Origin: Promethearchaeota archaeon
GTDB taxonomy: Archaea; Asgardarchaeota; Hermodarchaeia; Hermodarchaeales; Hermodarchaeaceae
Direction: 5' to 3'
DNA length: 32,000 nucleotides
Assembly (NCBI GenBank): GCA_048938295.1
Contig: JBHLMI010000020.1
Span: 15,786 to 47,785 of the forward strand
Each line of letters opens with the position of its first letter. Positions within the stretch are counted from its first letter, which is position 1. Shown here piece after piece: positions 17,916 to 26,221 of the stretch. The notes under the pieces were generated by a model, which was given only the letters and a program-made list of their open reading frames with translations, ran no database searches and was not told the DNA's origin. The position numbers were made by a program, and so were the translations under genes.

Positions 17916-19310
17916 TTGAAAGGGTATGCTAAATGGCTAACATTTGCCCTGTTCGGGTTTTGCCTATTATTCTTCATATCTCCAGTTCAGGTGGGTGCGC
18001 AACCACCAGAAAGCTGGGTGCCTGGTAGTGAACGCCACTTCTTTGGCCATACCTTCGCTGAGGATTCGTGGACTAATGATTCCATAGTTTTTGAATCAGT
18101 AGAGAACGCTTCGGTCCAATTCATCGCCAGTTACCTGAACTATAAGGAAGGACCACGTTCATTTCAGGCCATGCTCCTAGCACTAGGAGTGATTGAGAAC
18201 GAAAACGGTACACAATCGACGCTTCCTTACCAGCTCTTCGGGTTGCATTTCACGACGAAGGGAGGACGGGATATCTTCGCCGGTTCGTTGTTAGCTTTCT
18301 TATTTGGATTCAATGACACTGATCACAACGGAATTCCAAGCCCTGGCGAGAACCGGTTTTTCATCATCCCGTATGGATATAATGAGGGGAACGCGACGGA
18401 GCCATTAACGGTCGAAGCGATTCCTGTGACGAAGTTGGGAGATGACCACTATCAGTTTGGGATTCGGTATCGGAACTTGTATGGTCGGTTGGTGTCAGCG
18501 AATAGTGAGGCTGATTTTTTGTGGACATTGATTGTTCCGTTCTTTGAAATCTCATTTAGCGAATTGACAGTAGTTTACGATGTCCAAGTAGATGTCGAGA
18601 GTGGAGAAATCACCACTGAAACCTATTATACGATAGGTCAGGTTACCGAATTTCGGTTTCTTGGTATTCCAGTGCCCAACTTCCACGAGTCACTGAAGGA
18701 TGTGGGAATCGGTGTTGCCCATTTGGGCATCATCTTGACAACTAGATATTATGCACGAACCGTTCCCTCAACGCCGATAAGTGGAACGGATCACACCCTT
18801 GTCAATATCTCGACGGACGCGGCGGGACGAAATCGAGCTTTCGCTGTGACCACTTGGGGAACCTACGATGTTCTCAATGAAAGTACACAGCCCATTTCAC
18901 TAGTTCAAAGTGGCCTTCCCGCGTACAGTTGGATTCTCACCCCACAGCCAATTGACTTGGTCCTTTTACTCTGGCAGTTACCGATTTCAGCTAACATTTT
19001 CAGCATTTTTGCCTATGCCATGAGCGCGTACCTTCAAGACAATTTCGATGGGCCGCGAGACGTATATAATAACGCAGATCTAATCTTCAATGGCGCCGCT
19101 TTCTGGTATGGGACCACGTTTCCTAAATCGCAGGGGTATCGTGTTGAGTATGATCCCGTTTATACCGCGTTTTCAAATATCGGACAAGCCACGAATGTTC
19201 TGGGAGTGGTCCTCATCGGAACAGTGGTATTAGTCGCACTCATTATTGTGGTTCTACGCGTAGTGCGATCTAATGGCCGTAAGAAGCTCGCAGCTGAAAT
19301 GGAAGCGTAA
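17916..19310 (+). CDS. Secreted, C-terminally membrane-anchored surface glycoprotein, paralog A
   Basis: Signal peptide, 7 N-x-S/T sequons, a DTDHNG motif, YDP before the C-terminal TM. Full-length paralog of 20338-21732. Start TTG 17916 is inferred. Confidence 0.78.
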   Translation: MKGYAKWLTFALFGFCLLFFISPVQVGAQPPESWVPGSERHFFGHTFAEDSWTNDSIVFESVENASVQFIASYLNYKEGPRSFQAMLLALGVIENENGTQSTLPYQLFGLHFTTKGGRDIFAGSLLAFLFGFNDTDHNGIPSPGENRFFIIPYGYNEGNATEPLTVEAIPVTKLGDDHYQFGIRYRNLYGRLVSANSEADFLWTLIVPFFEISFSELTVVYDVQVDVESGEITTETYYTIGQVTEFRFLGIPVPNFHESLKDVGIGVAHLGIILTTRYYARTVPSTPISGTDHTLVNISTDAAGRNRAFAVTTWGTYDVLNESTQPISLVQSGLPAYSWILTPQPIDLVLLLWQLPISANIFSIFAYAMSAYLQDNFDGPRDVYNNADLIFNGAAFWYGTTFPKSQGYRVEYDPVYTAFSNIGQATNVLGVVLIGTVVLVALIIVVLRVVRSNGRKKLAAEMEA

Positions 19311-19435
19311 GGTGTTGACGATATGTATAAAGGCGCAATTTCCTCAGTGAGTATAGAAGGTGGCTACTCCAACTTTTACGGAGAGCAGTCTATGGACTTT
19401 AAGTTATGACAAGATACTGGGGATGAAACCGACCA

Positions 19436-20182
19436 ATGACGGATTTGGACGAATTTCTTACTGCGATTGGCCATCCGTTACGTCGTCAAATCCTTGAAAC
19501 TGTCTACGAAACCCCAGGTATCTCCTATTCACAAATCCTTGCGCGAATGAATATTTCCAGCGGTAAACTTAATTTCCATTTACAGCGGTTGGAACCGTTT
19601 CTTGCCCAAGTTAATGGTGAATACCAGATTTCTAATGAAGGTTTGAAGCTGTATCGGACATGGAAAATGCTGGAAGGTCGCCTCAGCGGAACCCAAATCA
19701 CAGGCACGGCTACTCCTGGACTTTTTGTAGGTCGTCGGACGTTGGCATTTCTTATCGACGTCATATTAATCCTGTCTGTGCTATTCATTGCAGCAGATTT
19801 TTCGTCAGCATTCACATTAGTTCCAGCTTGGTGGCTCAGTGGATTTCCCCTGCCCCTTTTCGTCACAAGGATTGTTGACACGTTTCTAATCTACCCCGAT
19901 TTGACAGTTGTCCTGATCCGTGCCTTCATTGTGGCGATTTTGTGGATGTATTTCACCTTACTAGAGGGCTATCGGGGACAATCACTTGGTAAGATGATAC
20001 TGGGGATTCGCATCGTAGATGTGAGTGGTGCCCGTGTCGCTCAACAACCCGCGGCAATCCGGGCTCTCACTAAGGTGCTCATCTTACCTTTCGACATTCT
20101 GGTAGGACTAATTAAATCACGTAAGGCAGGATTTCTCCGGTTCTTCGGGCAATATACTCGGAGCTGGGTTGTTCGGAACTAA
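19436..20182 (+). CDS. ArsR-like winged-helix domain fused to an RDD-family membrane domain
   Basis: AIGHPLRRQIL...ISYSQIL..MNISSGKLNFHL..L (wHTH), then RRTLAFLID and YFTLLEG.RGQSLGKMILGIRIV (RDD). Confidence 0.85.
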   Translation: MTDLDEFLTAIGHPLRRQILETVYETPGISYSQILARMNISSGKLNFHLQRLEPFLAQVNGEYQISNEGLKLYRTWKMLEGRLSGTQITGTATPGLFVGRRTLAFLIDVILILSVLFIAADFSSAFTLVPAWWLSGFPLPLFVTRIVDTFLIYPDLTVVLIRAFIVAILWMYFTLLEGYRGQSLGKMILGIRIVDVSGARVAQQPAAIRALTKVLILPFDILVGLIKSRKAGFLRFFGQYTRSWVVRN

Positions 20183-20216
20183 CCAACCCGTTCTACTCGG
20201 AAAATCTTAGTAAACC

Positions 20217-20240
20217 TTAGTTTTCTAGACTGAAAACTAA
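20217..20240. promoter_or_regulatory. Perfect 9-6-9 palindrome, candidate operator
   Basis: TTAGTTTTC-TAGACT-GAAAACTAA, next to the AAACTTATC / CTTTAAAT promoter-like elements upstream of paralog B. Confidence 0.55.
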
Positions 20241-20337
20241 ACTTATCAGCTTCTTTAAATTCGTCATTTGAGAGGGAGAGCTAACGAGCAAACACTTGCC
20301 GATAACGGTAAAGATGTGCTTAAAATTGATAAGCAAA

Positions 20338-21732
20338 ATGAAAACCATTCCAATAGTGGCTCTAGCGCTTGCATTGACAGTTGTCTTGGCTCCAATGACT
20401 ACTACCGCCCTCCCACCTGAGACATATGTTCCAGGCAGTGAAGCAGCGATCTTTGATCACACATTCGCTGAGCATTTCTGGAGTAGCACGAAGACATTCA
20501 CAAACGAGACATCAGGTGACAGTATCGAGATCATCATGCACAGCGTCAATTACCAAGGTGCTGGTGAATTCCAAGCGGCCCTGTTAGCTCTGGGCGATGT
20601 GTATATTGCGGAAAACGATACCAGTGCGACTTTACCCTATCAAATCTTCGGCATGCACTTCACAACTCCTGAAGGACATGAAATGTTTACTGGGGCAATT
20701 TTTGCCTTCATGTTTGCCTTTAACGACACAAATGGCAACAATGTTCATAATCCCGGAGAAGATCAATGGTTTGTCATTCCATATGGATATGATAATCCAG
20801 AAAGCAATCACACTGGCACTGATCCCACCGTTGAATCCATTGATATGACTAATCCCAATCCTGGTGAATACCGTTTTGGCGTTAGCTACAAGAATCTCTA
20901 CGCGCGACTAGTTTCCACAGAAAATTGGTTAGCCTTCTGGCTAACCTTAGCAGTACCTTTCGTTGAAGTCCAAATTAGTGAACTGACATTCGAATATGTC
21001 ATCAACGTAGATGAATCGACTGGTGAAATTACCGCTGAAACTTTCTACACCATTGGGCAGGTCCAATCCTTGCATTTCCTCGGTCAGACACTCGATGTTC
21101 CTGACCAAGAAATTCACAACGCCCTAGCCAATGTTACTGTAGGTGTCGCACACCTGATAACAGCATGGGGTTCAACTTATCACGTCCACAACGGAAATCA
21201 ACTCGATCCTCAACCTGCGGCCAATTGGATTTACGCAAACATCACTACCGATGCCCTTGGACGAGACCGCGCCTTCGCAGTTGGTGTCCGAGGAACCTAT
21301 GATCTCCAAAACGAAACAACTGAACCTTACCCAACGCTCAACGCAAGTCTTCCAGCATATAGTTGGATCTTGTCGCCTGCGCTCTTTTCACTTGAAACGT
21401 TGCTTGTGCTCTGGCAATTACCACTCTCAGCAGACTTTCTAGCTTTGTGGGCGTACGCTATCAGTCCAACGATGCAATCGATGTACACTGGACCTCGCGC
21501 GCTCTACCAACACGCCTATGAAAACTTTAACAAGATTGCCTTCTGGTACGCAATCACCTTCCCCAAGTTTGGCGGATATCGTATTGTCCACGATCCCGTG
21601 TATACAGCCTACTCCAATGTTGGACAGGTTGCACCTCCAGGTATCCCCGGATTCCCATGGGAAGCCATCCTGATTGGCGTCGTCGTCTGCGTGGTTGCTG
21701 TCTTCCTCGTTCGCCGCCGTAAGAAAGCGTAA
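20338..21732 (+). CDS. Secreted surface glycoprotein, paralog B, with a PGF/Loki-CTERM-like sorting tail
   Basis: Signal peptide, 8 sequons, DTNGN motif, HDP, then GIPGFPWEAILIG-TM-RRRKKA. Confidence 0.82.
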   Translation: MKTIPIVALALALTVVLAPMTTTALPPETYVPGSEAAIFDHTFAEHFWSSTKTFTNETSGDSIEIIMHSVNYQGAGEFQAALLALGDVYIAENDTSATLPYQIFGMHFTTPEGHEMFTGAIFAFMFAFNDTNGNNVHNPGEDQWFVIPYGYDNPESNHTGTDPTVESIDMTNPNPGEYRFGVSYKNLYARLVSTENWLAFWLTLAVPFVEVQISELTFEYVINVDESTGEITAETFYTIGQVQSLHFLGQTLDVPDQEIHNALANVTVGVAHLITAWGSTYHVHNGNQLDPQPAANWIYANITTDALGRDRAFAVGVRGTYDLQNETTEPYPTLNASLPAYSWILSPALFSLETLLVLWQLPLSADFLALWAYAISPTMQSMYTGPRALYQHAYENFNKIAFWYAITFPKFGGYRIVHDPVYTAYSNVGQVAPPGIPGFPWEAILIGVVVCVVAVFLVRRRKKA

Positions 21733-21760
21733 CCGCCCTGTGGAAAAACCACATCAATCC

Positions 21761-21804
21761 ATCCGCTCATCTATCATGATTGGGCGGATCCCTTCTCCTT
21801 TTTT
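21761..21804 (+). terminator. Hairpin plus T-tract
   Basis: ATCCGCTCA-N11-TGGGCGGAT (9 bp, one G-U pair), followed by CCCTTCTCCTTTTTT. Confidence 0.55.
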
Positions 21805-21889
21805 AAAACCACTACTGTGGATACACAGTTAGTCGAATGCAATAGGAAGAGAGTATTGGTTAAAAACTTAGAAAGTCAACACTGTTAAC

Positions 21890-22585
21890 ATGCCTATCCG
21901 GGAAATCATCGAAATTGATGAAGAGAAATGCACGGGCTGTGGCGAATGTATTCCCAACTGCGCTGAAGGCGCATTACAGATCATCGATGGGAAAGCGAAG
22001 CTGATTCGCGATGATCTATGTGATGGGCTTGGCGCGTGTCTAGGTCATTGCCATATAGGTGCATTGAAGATTATCCACCGAGAAGCCCCAGACTTTGATG
22101 AAGAAGCCGTGGAAAAGCACCTGGCTAAAAGTGTGCCAGCAGGATGTGTGTCCTGCGATGTTAAAGTTGATGGACTCACCGCTGGAACCACAACCCATCT
22201 TAGCGGAGAGGTCGTGCCTATTGGACAGCGACAATGGCCGATTGCATTACGGTTGGTTTCGGTCAATGCCCCGTTTTTCAAGGAGTCCGACTTGTTAGTT
22301 GTCGCCGATTGTGTACCCTTTTCCTATCCGCAGTTTCAGCAGGAATTCTTGAAGGACCGAGTGCTGGTTTATGGGTGTCCGAAGTTCGATAATGCTCAGT
22401 ATTATGTGGAGAAACTCACAGAGATTTTTCAGAACAATTCCATCAAAAGTGTAACAATGGTGAAGATGGAAGTCCCCTGTTGTTCCGGTCTCCAACGAAT
22501 CGTTGAACTCGCGCTCAAGCAATCTGGGAAAAAAATCTTAGTGAAAAACATCACCATTTCATTACAAGGATCAAAGAAGCCGTAG
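21890..22585 (+). CDS. 4Fe-4S dicluster ferredoxin-domain protein, of the type often found beside hcp
   Basis: IDEEKCTGCGECIPNCAEGA, CDGLGACLGHC, QWPI.L.LV, ADCVPF, GCPKFD and MEVPCCSGL. Confidence 0.85.
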   Translation: MPIREIIEIDEEKCTGCGECIPNCAEGALQIIDGKAKLIRDDLCDGLGACLGHCHIGALKIIHREAPDFDEEAVEKHLAKSVPAGCVSCDVKVDGLTAGTTTHLSGEVVPIGQRQWPIALRLVSVNAPFFKESDLLVVADCVPFSYPQFQQEFLKDRVLVYGCPKFDNAQYYVEKLTEIFQNNSIKSVTMVKMEVPCCSGLQRIVELALKQSGKKILVKNITISLQGSKKP

Positions 22586-22601
22586 CATCCGAATTGTGAC
22601 T

Positions 22602-23099
22602 CTAGCTTGATGATGGCACGCGCCCAATATCATCGACAGCGTGTTGGATTTCACCATAAGGAGGCTCGATGGCGGCGTTGTCCGTGACCCATTTCCATCG
22701 GATGAACCCTTCTGGACTTATGACGAAGACTGCGCGTTTTGCGAAGGTGTAATCCTTAAGTGTTCCTAAACCTTCTCCGACCACATCATAGGCACGGATA
22801 ACGACACGATTATAATCACTAAGAATGGGGAAAAGGAGGCGATTCTGTTCCGCGAAAGCCTTGTTAGTGAACGGGTCATTCACGCTAATGGCAATGACTT
22901 GGGCGTTCATAGATTCGAAGTTGGCAAGACTATCACGAAAGCTACATAGCTCCTTCGTGCAGACAGCGGTGAAGGCACCGGGGAAGAAGACGAGAACAAC
23001 AGTCTGTCCTTTGAACTCTTTTAGGGTGCGTTGATTTAAGTCGGTGTCATAGAGTTTGATTGGGGGAGCGGATTGACCTATTTGCAAACGTAAGGACAT
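22602..23099 (-). CDS. Peroxiredoxin (AhpC/TSA, BCP/PrxQ-like)
   Basis: FFPGAFTAVCTKELC (PxxxTxxC with a second Cys at +5), LSDYNR and KRAVFVI. ATG at 23099. Confidence 0.92.
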   Translation of the reverse strand: MSLRLQIGQSAPPIKLYDTDLNQRTLKEFKGQTVVLVFFPGAFTAVCTKELCSFRDSLANFESMNAQVIAISVNDPFTNKAFAEQNRLLFPILSDYNRVVIRAYDVVGEGLGTLKDYTFAKRAVFVISPEGFIRWKWVTDNAAIEPPYGEIQHAVDDIGRVPSSS

Positions 23100-23245
23100 G
23101 AATATTCTACCTGTAGCCTTGTATGAAATAATGTAGGTCAAAAAGATTCTGGCTAAAAAACATACATATCCAACCTGCCTAAATCCTTTTGAAAGGGGAG
23201 GTATGCATTTAGAGGTTAGAATTGGAGTCAAAAGAGGTTTTTCAG

Positions 23246-24640
23246 ATGCCGCAACCTAAACTTGGATTAATCACTCCAAATGAGCTGGCCTTGTTCATAG
23301 ATTATTATGAGTTGACAAGCACCAAAGCTGATTTCGACCATGAAAACGATGCTGTGGTCACTCAAGAGTACTTTGTGCGTTTGATACCGTTTGGAAGCTA
23401 TTTGGTTGCAGCAGGATTAGAGCAGGTTATTGCATTTGTGCAGAACCTTCGATTTGAAGAGAAGGATTTGGGATGGTTGGAAGCCACATCAGGGCCTGAC
23501 TTTCGAAATGGCTTTTTAGATTTTCTCATGAACTTTAAATTCAGTGGAGATATCTATGCAGTGCCTGAGGGAACAGTGGTCTTCCCCAACGAGCCTATCA
23601 TAAACGTAACTGGACCCACTATAGAGGTACAGCTTCTTGAAACGTATTTACTGAATGTGATGAACTTCCAGTCACTGGTAGCAACAAAAACCGCTCGGAT
23701 GGTCGATGTGGCCGGTGAACGAACTGTCGTGGATTTCGGTGCACGTCGTGCACATGGACGAGACGCTGCACTCTTAGCTGCCCGTGCAGCGTACCTTGCC
23801 GGAGCCACTGGAACCTCACTTGTGTTGGCAGGCAAAACCTGGGACATCCCATATATTGGCACCATGCCCCATTCTTTCATTCAGAACCGCCCAGACGAGA
23901 TACAAGCCTTCCGAGAATATTCAGCTTCATTTCCTCATAACACCATCCTACTCGTAGACACCTATGACAGCCTTCAGGGCGTACGCAATGCCATAACCGT
24001 TGGAAAAGAATTGCATGAGCAAGGATACCGTCTCACCGGGATTCGATTAGATAGCGGCAACCTAGCAAATTTGTCCATCGAAGCCCGTAAGCTGTTGGAC
24101 GAATCGGGATTCGAAAACACGAAAATCTTTGTCAGTAGTGATCTTGACGAATATCGTATCGAGGAATTGATTCGCCTAGGTGCCCCGATCGATGGATTTG
24201 GTGTTGGTACCAGACTTGTTACCGGAGCGAATTTCAACCCCATAAGCCGGGAAGGCGGAGTATCAGCACTTCAGGGCGTCTACAAGCTCGTTGAACGCAT
24301 TGAAAAAGATGGCTACCCCATTCCCAAAACCAAACTTAGTACTGACAAAGTATTGTTGCCTTATCGTAAACAAATCCACCGCTTAACCGATAATGAGGGA
24401 CTGTTTAATCGGGATATTATTGCACGATGGGATGAAGAGATTCCAGATTCTAATCCCCTCTTGATACCGATTATCGAAAAAGGAGTCCTAACCTACGATT
24501 TTCCATTATTAGAAGAAAGTCAGCAATATTGCCGAGAACAGCTAGCACTCCTACCAAAATCGTATCGATTACTCAGTGAAGCACCAGTCTTCCCGGTCAA
24601 ACTCAGTCCGCAACTAGAAAAAGTAGGCACATCGACCTGA
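23246..24640 (+). CDS. pncB: Nicotinate phosphoribosyltransferase
   Basis: LFIDYYELT, AVPEGT.VFPNEP, DFGARRAHG, GTMPHSF, LVDTYD, GIRLDSG, GFGVGT and GVYKLV. Confidence 0.95.
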   Translation: MPQPKLGLITPNELALFIDYYELTSTKADFDHENDAVVTQEYFVRLIPFGSYLVAAGLEQVIAFVQNLRFEEKDLGWLEATSGPDFRNGFLDFLMNFKFSGDIYAVPEGTVVFPNEPIINVTGPTIEVQLLETYLLNVMNFQSLVATKTARMVDVAGERTVVDFGARRAHGRDAALLAARAAYLAGATGTSLVLAGKTWDIPYIGTMPHSFIQNRPDEIQAFREYSASFPHNTILLVDTYDSLQGVRNAITVGKELHEQGYRLTGIRLDSGNLANLSIEARKLLDESGFENTKIFVSSDLDEYRIEELIRLGAPIDGFGVGTRLVTGANFNPISREGGVSALQGVYKLVERIEKDGYPIPKTKLSTDKVLLPYRKQIHRLTDNEGLFNRDIIARWDEEIPDSNPLLIPIIEKGVLTYDFPLLEESQQYCREQLALLPKSYRLLSEAPVFPVKLSPQLEKVGTST

Positions 24641-24646
24641 GGGATC

Positions 24647-25186
24647 CTACTTCTTGAGATCTTTGATAATGGCATCTGATTCGGTTATGTTTGCGGCGTA
24701 GTATTCTTTCAGATACGCTAATCCCGATTCATGATCTTCCTTTGTGAAGGAATCAACACCATTTTCGGGAATCTGAATTTTGTATCCTCGGAAGAAGGCA
24801 TCAGCGGCGGTATGACGAACACATAGATGAGTATGAAGCCCAGTGAGAACCACAGTGTCGACTTTACGACTACGAAGAATCGAATCTAATGGAGTTTCGA
24901 AGAAGCTGCTGTATACGTGTTTACCAATAATGATATCGTCTTTTTCGGGCGTTAATTCCGGGATGACCTCGGCGCCTTTTGTGCCTTCAATGGCATGAGC
25001 ACCCCACCTTTCCATTTCAAAATCTGTATCGAGATGGCTGTCATTCACGAAGATTACAGGAAGCTTGTGCTTGTGAAAGGAGTTCATGAGATTACGAATG
25101 TGAGGAATGATTCGTTGGGCTCGTTCACATTTTAGGGAGCCGGTTACAAAATCATTTAACATGTCAACGATGATTAATGCCTTCAT
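24647..25186 (-). CDS. Cysteine hydrolase (isochorismatase family), possible nicotinamidase
   Basis: VDMLNDF, DSH, WGAHA, K..YSSF and HTHLCVRHTAADA. Convergent with pncB. Confidence 0.85.
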   Translation of the reverse strand: MKALIIVDMLNDFVTGSLKCERAQRIIPHIRNLMNSFHKHKLPVIFVNDSHLDTDFEMERWGAHAIEGTKGAEVIPELTPEKDDIIIGKHVYSSFFETPLDSILRSRKVDTVVLTGLHTHLCVRHTAADAFFRGYKIQIPENGVDSFTKEDHESGLAYLKEYYAANITESDAIIKDLKK

Positions 25187-25260
25187 TGTAATCAACAGTG
25201 TAAAGATGACCTCAGGATAAAAGGCTATTGAACTGTCGATAGGAGCTTCTAAGTTCTTAT

Positions 25261-25279
25261 TTCTTAACTATGTTAAGAA
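25261..25279. promoter_or_regulatory. Perfect 8-3-8 palindrome upstream of the ferritin promoter
   Basis: TTCTTAAC-TAT-GTTAAGAA, about 10 nt before AAATATAAAG (25289-25298). Confidence 0.55.
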
Positions 25280-25347
25280 GTGCACTACAAATATAAAGAG
25301 GGAGTGTCAACGCACGACTAACATTACACTTACGGAAGTGATAATGC

Positions 25348-25842
25348 ATGGAAATTAGCGATGACTTAGAAAATGCAATGAACGACCAGCTCAACTTCGA
25401 ACTCTATTCTGGGTACATTTACCTGTCAATGGCAGCATATTTTGAAGATAAGAATCTCCTTGGTATGGCCCATTGGATGAAAGTCCAGGCTGGCGAAGAA
25501 TACAAACACGCCATGCGATTCTGGACACATATCAGTGATCGTGGTGGTCGTGTAAAACTGACTGAAATCAAAGCTCCTGAAATCGACTGGGAGTCACCTC
25601 TGAATGCGTTTCTAACTGCCTACAAGCATGAAAAACTTGTCACTGATCGTATCTTTAAAATAGGTAAGTTAGCTGAAAAACTAGAAGATAAGTCTGCGAT
25701 CCCAATGCTCAACTGGTTTTATAATGAACAGATTGAGGAGGAAGAACAGACCAAACGTATCGCACTCTTGCTGAAAGAGATTGGTGATAATAAAGGCGCA
25801 CTATTAATGCTCGATGCCAAACTCGGACAACGAGGGGAATAG
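25348..25842 (+). CDS. ftnA: Non-heme ferritin
   Basis: NDQLNFELYSGYIYLSMAAYF, QAGEEYKHA, HEKLVT..I and WFYNEQIEEE ferroxidase motifs. Confidence 0.95.
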   Translation: MEISDDLENAMNDQLNFELYSGYIYLSMAAYFEDKNLLGMAHWMKVQAGEEYKHAMRFWTHISDRGGRVKLTEIKAPEIDWESPLNAFLTAYKHEKLVTDRIFKIGKLAEKLEDKSAIPMLNWFYNEQIEEEEQTKRIALLLKEIGDNKGALLMLDAKLGQRGE

Positions 25843-25884
25843 CTACTAACTAATGTGATCTTTTCAGAGACACCCCTTTTTACC

Positions 25885-25930
25885 GCAGAGGGTTGGTTGA
25901 AGCCACCCATCTGCAACCCTCTTTTTCTTT
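25885..25930 (+). terminator. Hairpin plus T-tract after ferritin (two alternative folds)
   Basis: AGAGGGTTG pairs with CAACCCTCT and is followed by TTTTCTTT. Confidence 0.5.
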
Positions 25931-26020
25931 CCTTTATAATAGCCTGAGAGAAGACGAAATCTATTTCAGTATCTTCAATCCGAATACTAGTGGGTTTTGC
26001 AATTGGAAGGCAGATCGTAT

Positions 26021-26149
26021 ATGGCACAAGTTCAAAGCATTGGAGAAATGTATCGTTGCCTTATCTGTGGAAATGAGGTTGAAGTGACTGCTGCAGGCGG
26101 TGGAAAGATAGCCTGTTGTGGTCAACCGATGCTTCGAGTTGGACGATAG
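26021..26149 (+). CDS. Stand-alone desulforedoxin (FeCys4), 42 aa, absent from the ORF track
   Basis: Translated by hand as [42 protein letters not shown]. It has the Y-x-C-x2-C-G-N-x-V-x9-CCG-x-PM signature. GGAAGG upstream. Confidence 0.9.
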   Translation: MAQVQSIGEMYRCLICGNEVEVTAAGGGKIACCGQPMLRVGR

Positions 26150-26221
26150 TAGGAAATTATAAGGCAGGCAAACACATCCACCAGCACCGAATTTACACCT
26201 TATTCAATAGGAGGTATTCAA

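Noticed and set aside
23100-23245. Possible NAD-sensing riboswitch upstream of pncB
   Set aside because: Only short, weak stems are present, with no recognisable aptamer. It is more simply a divergent promoter region.
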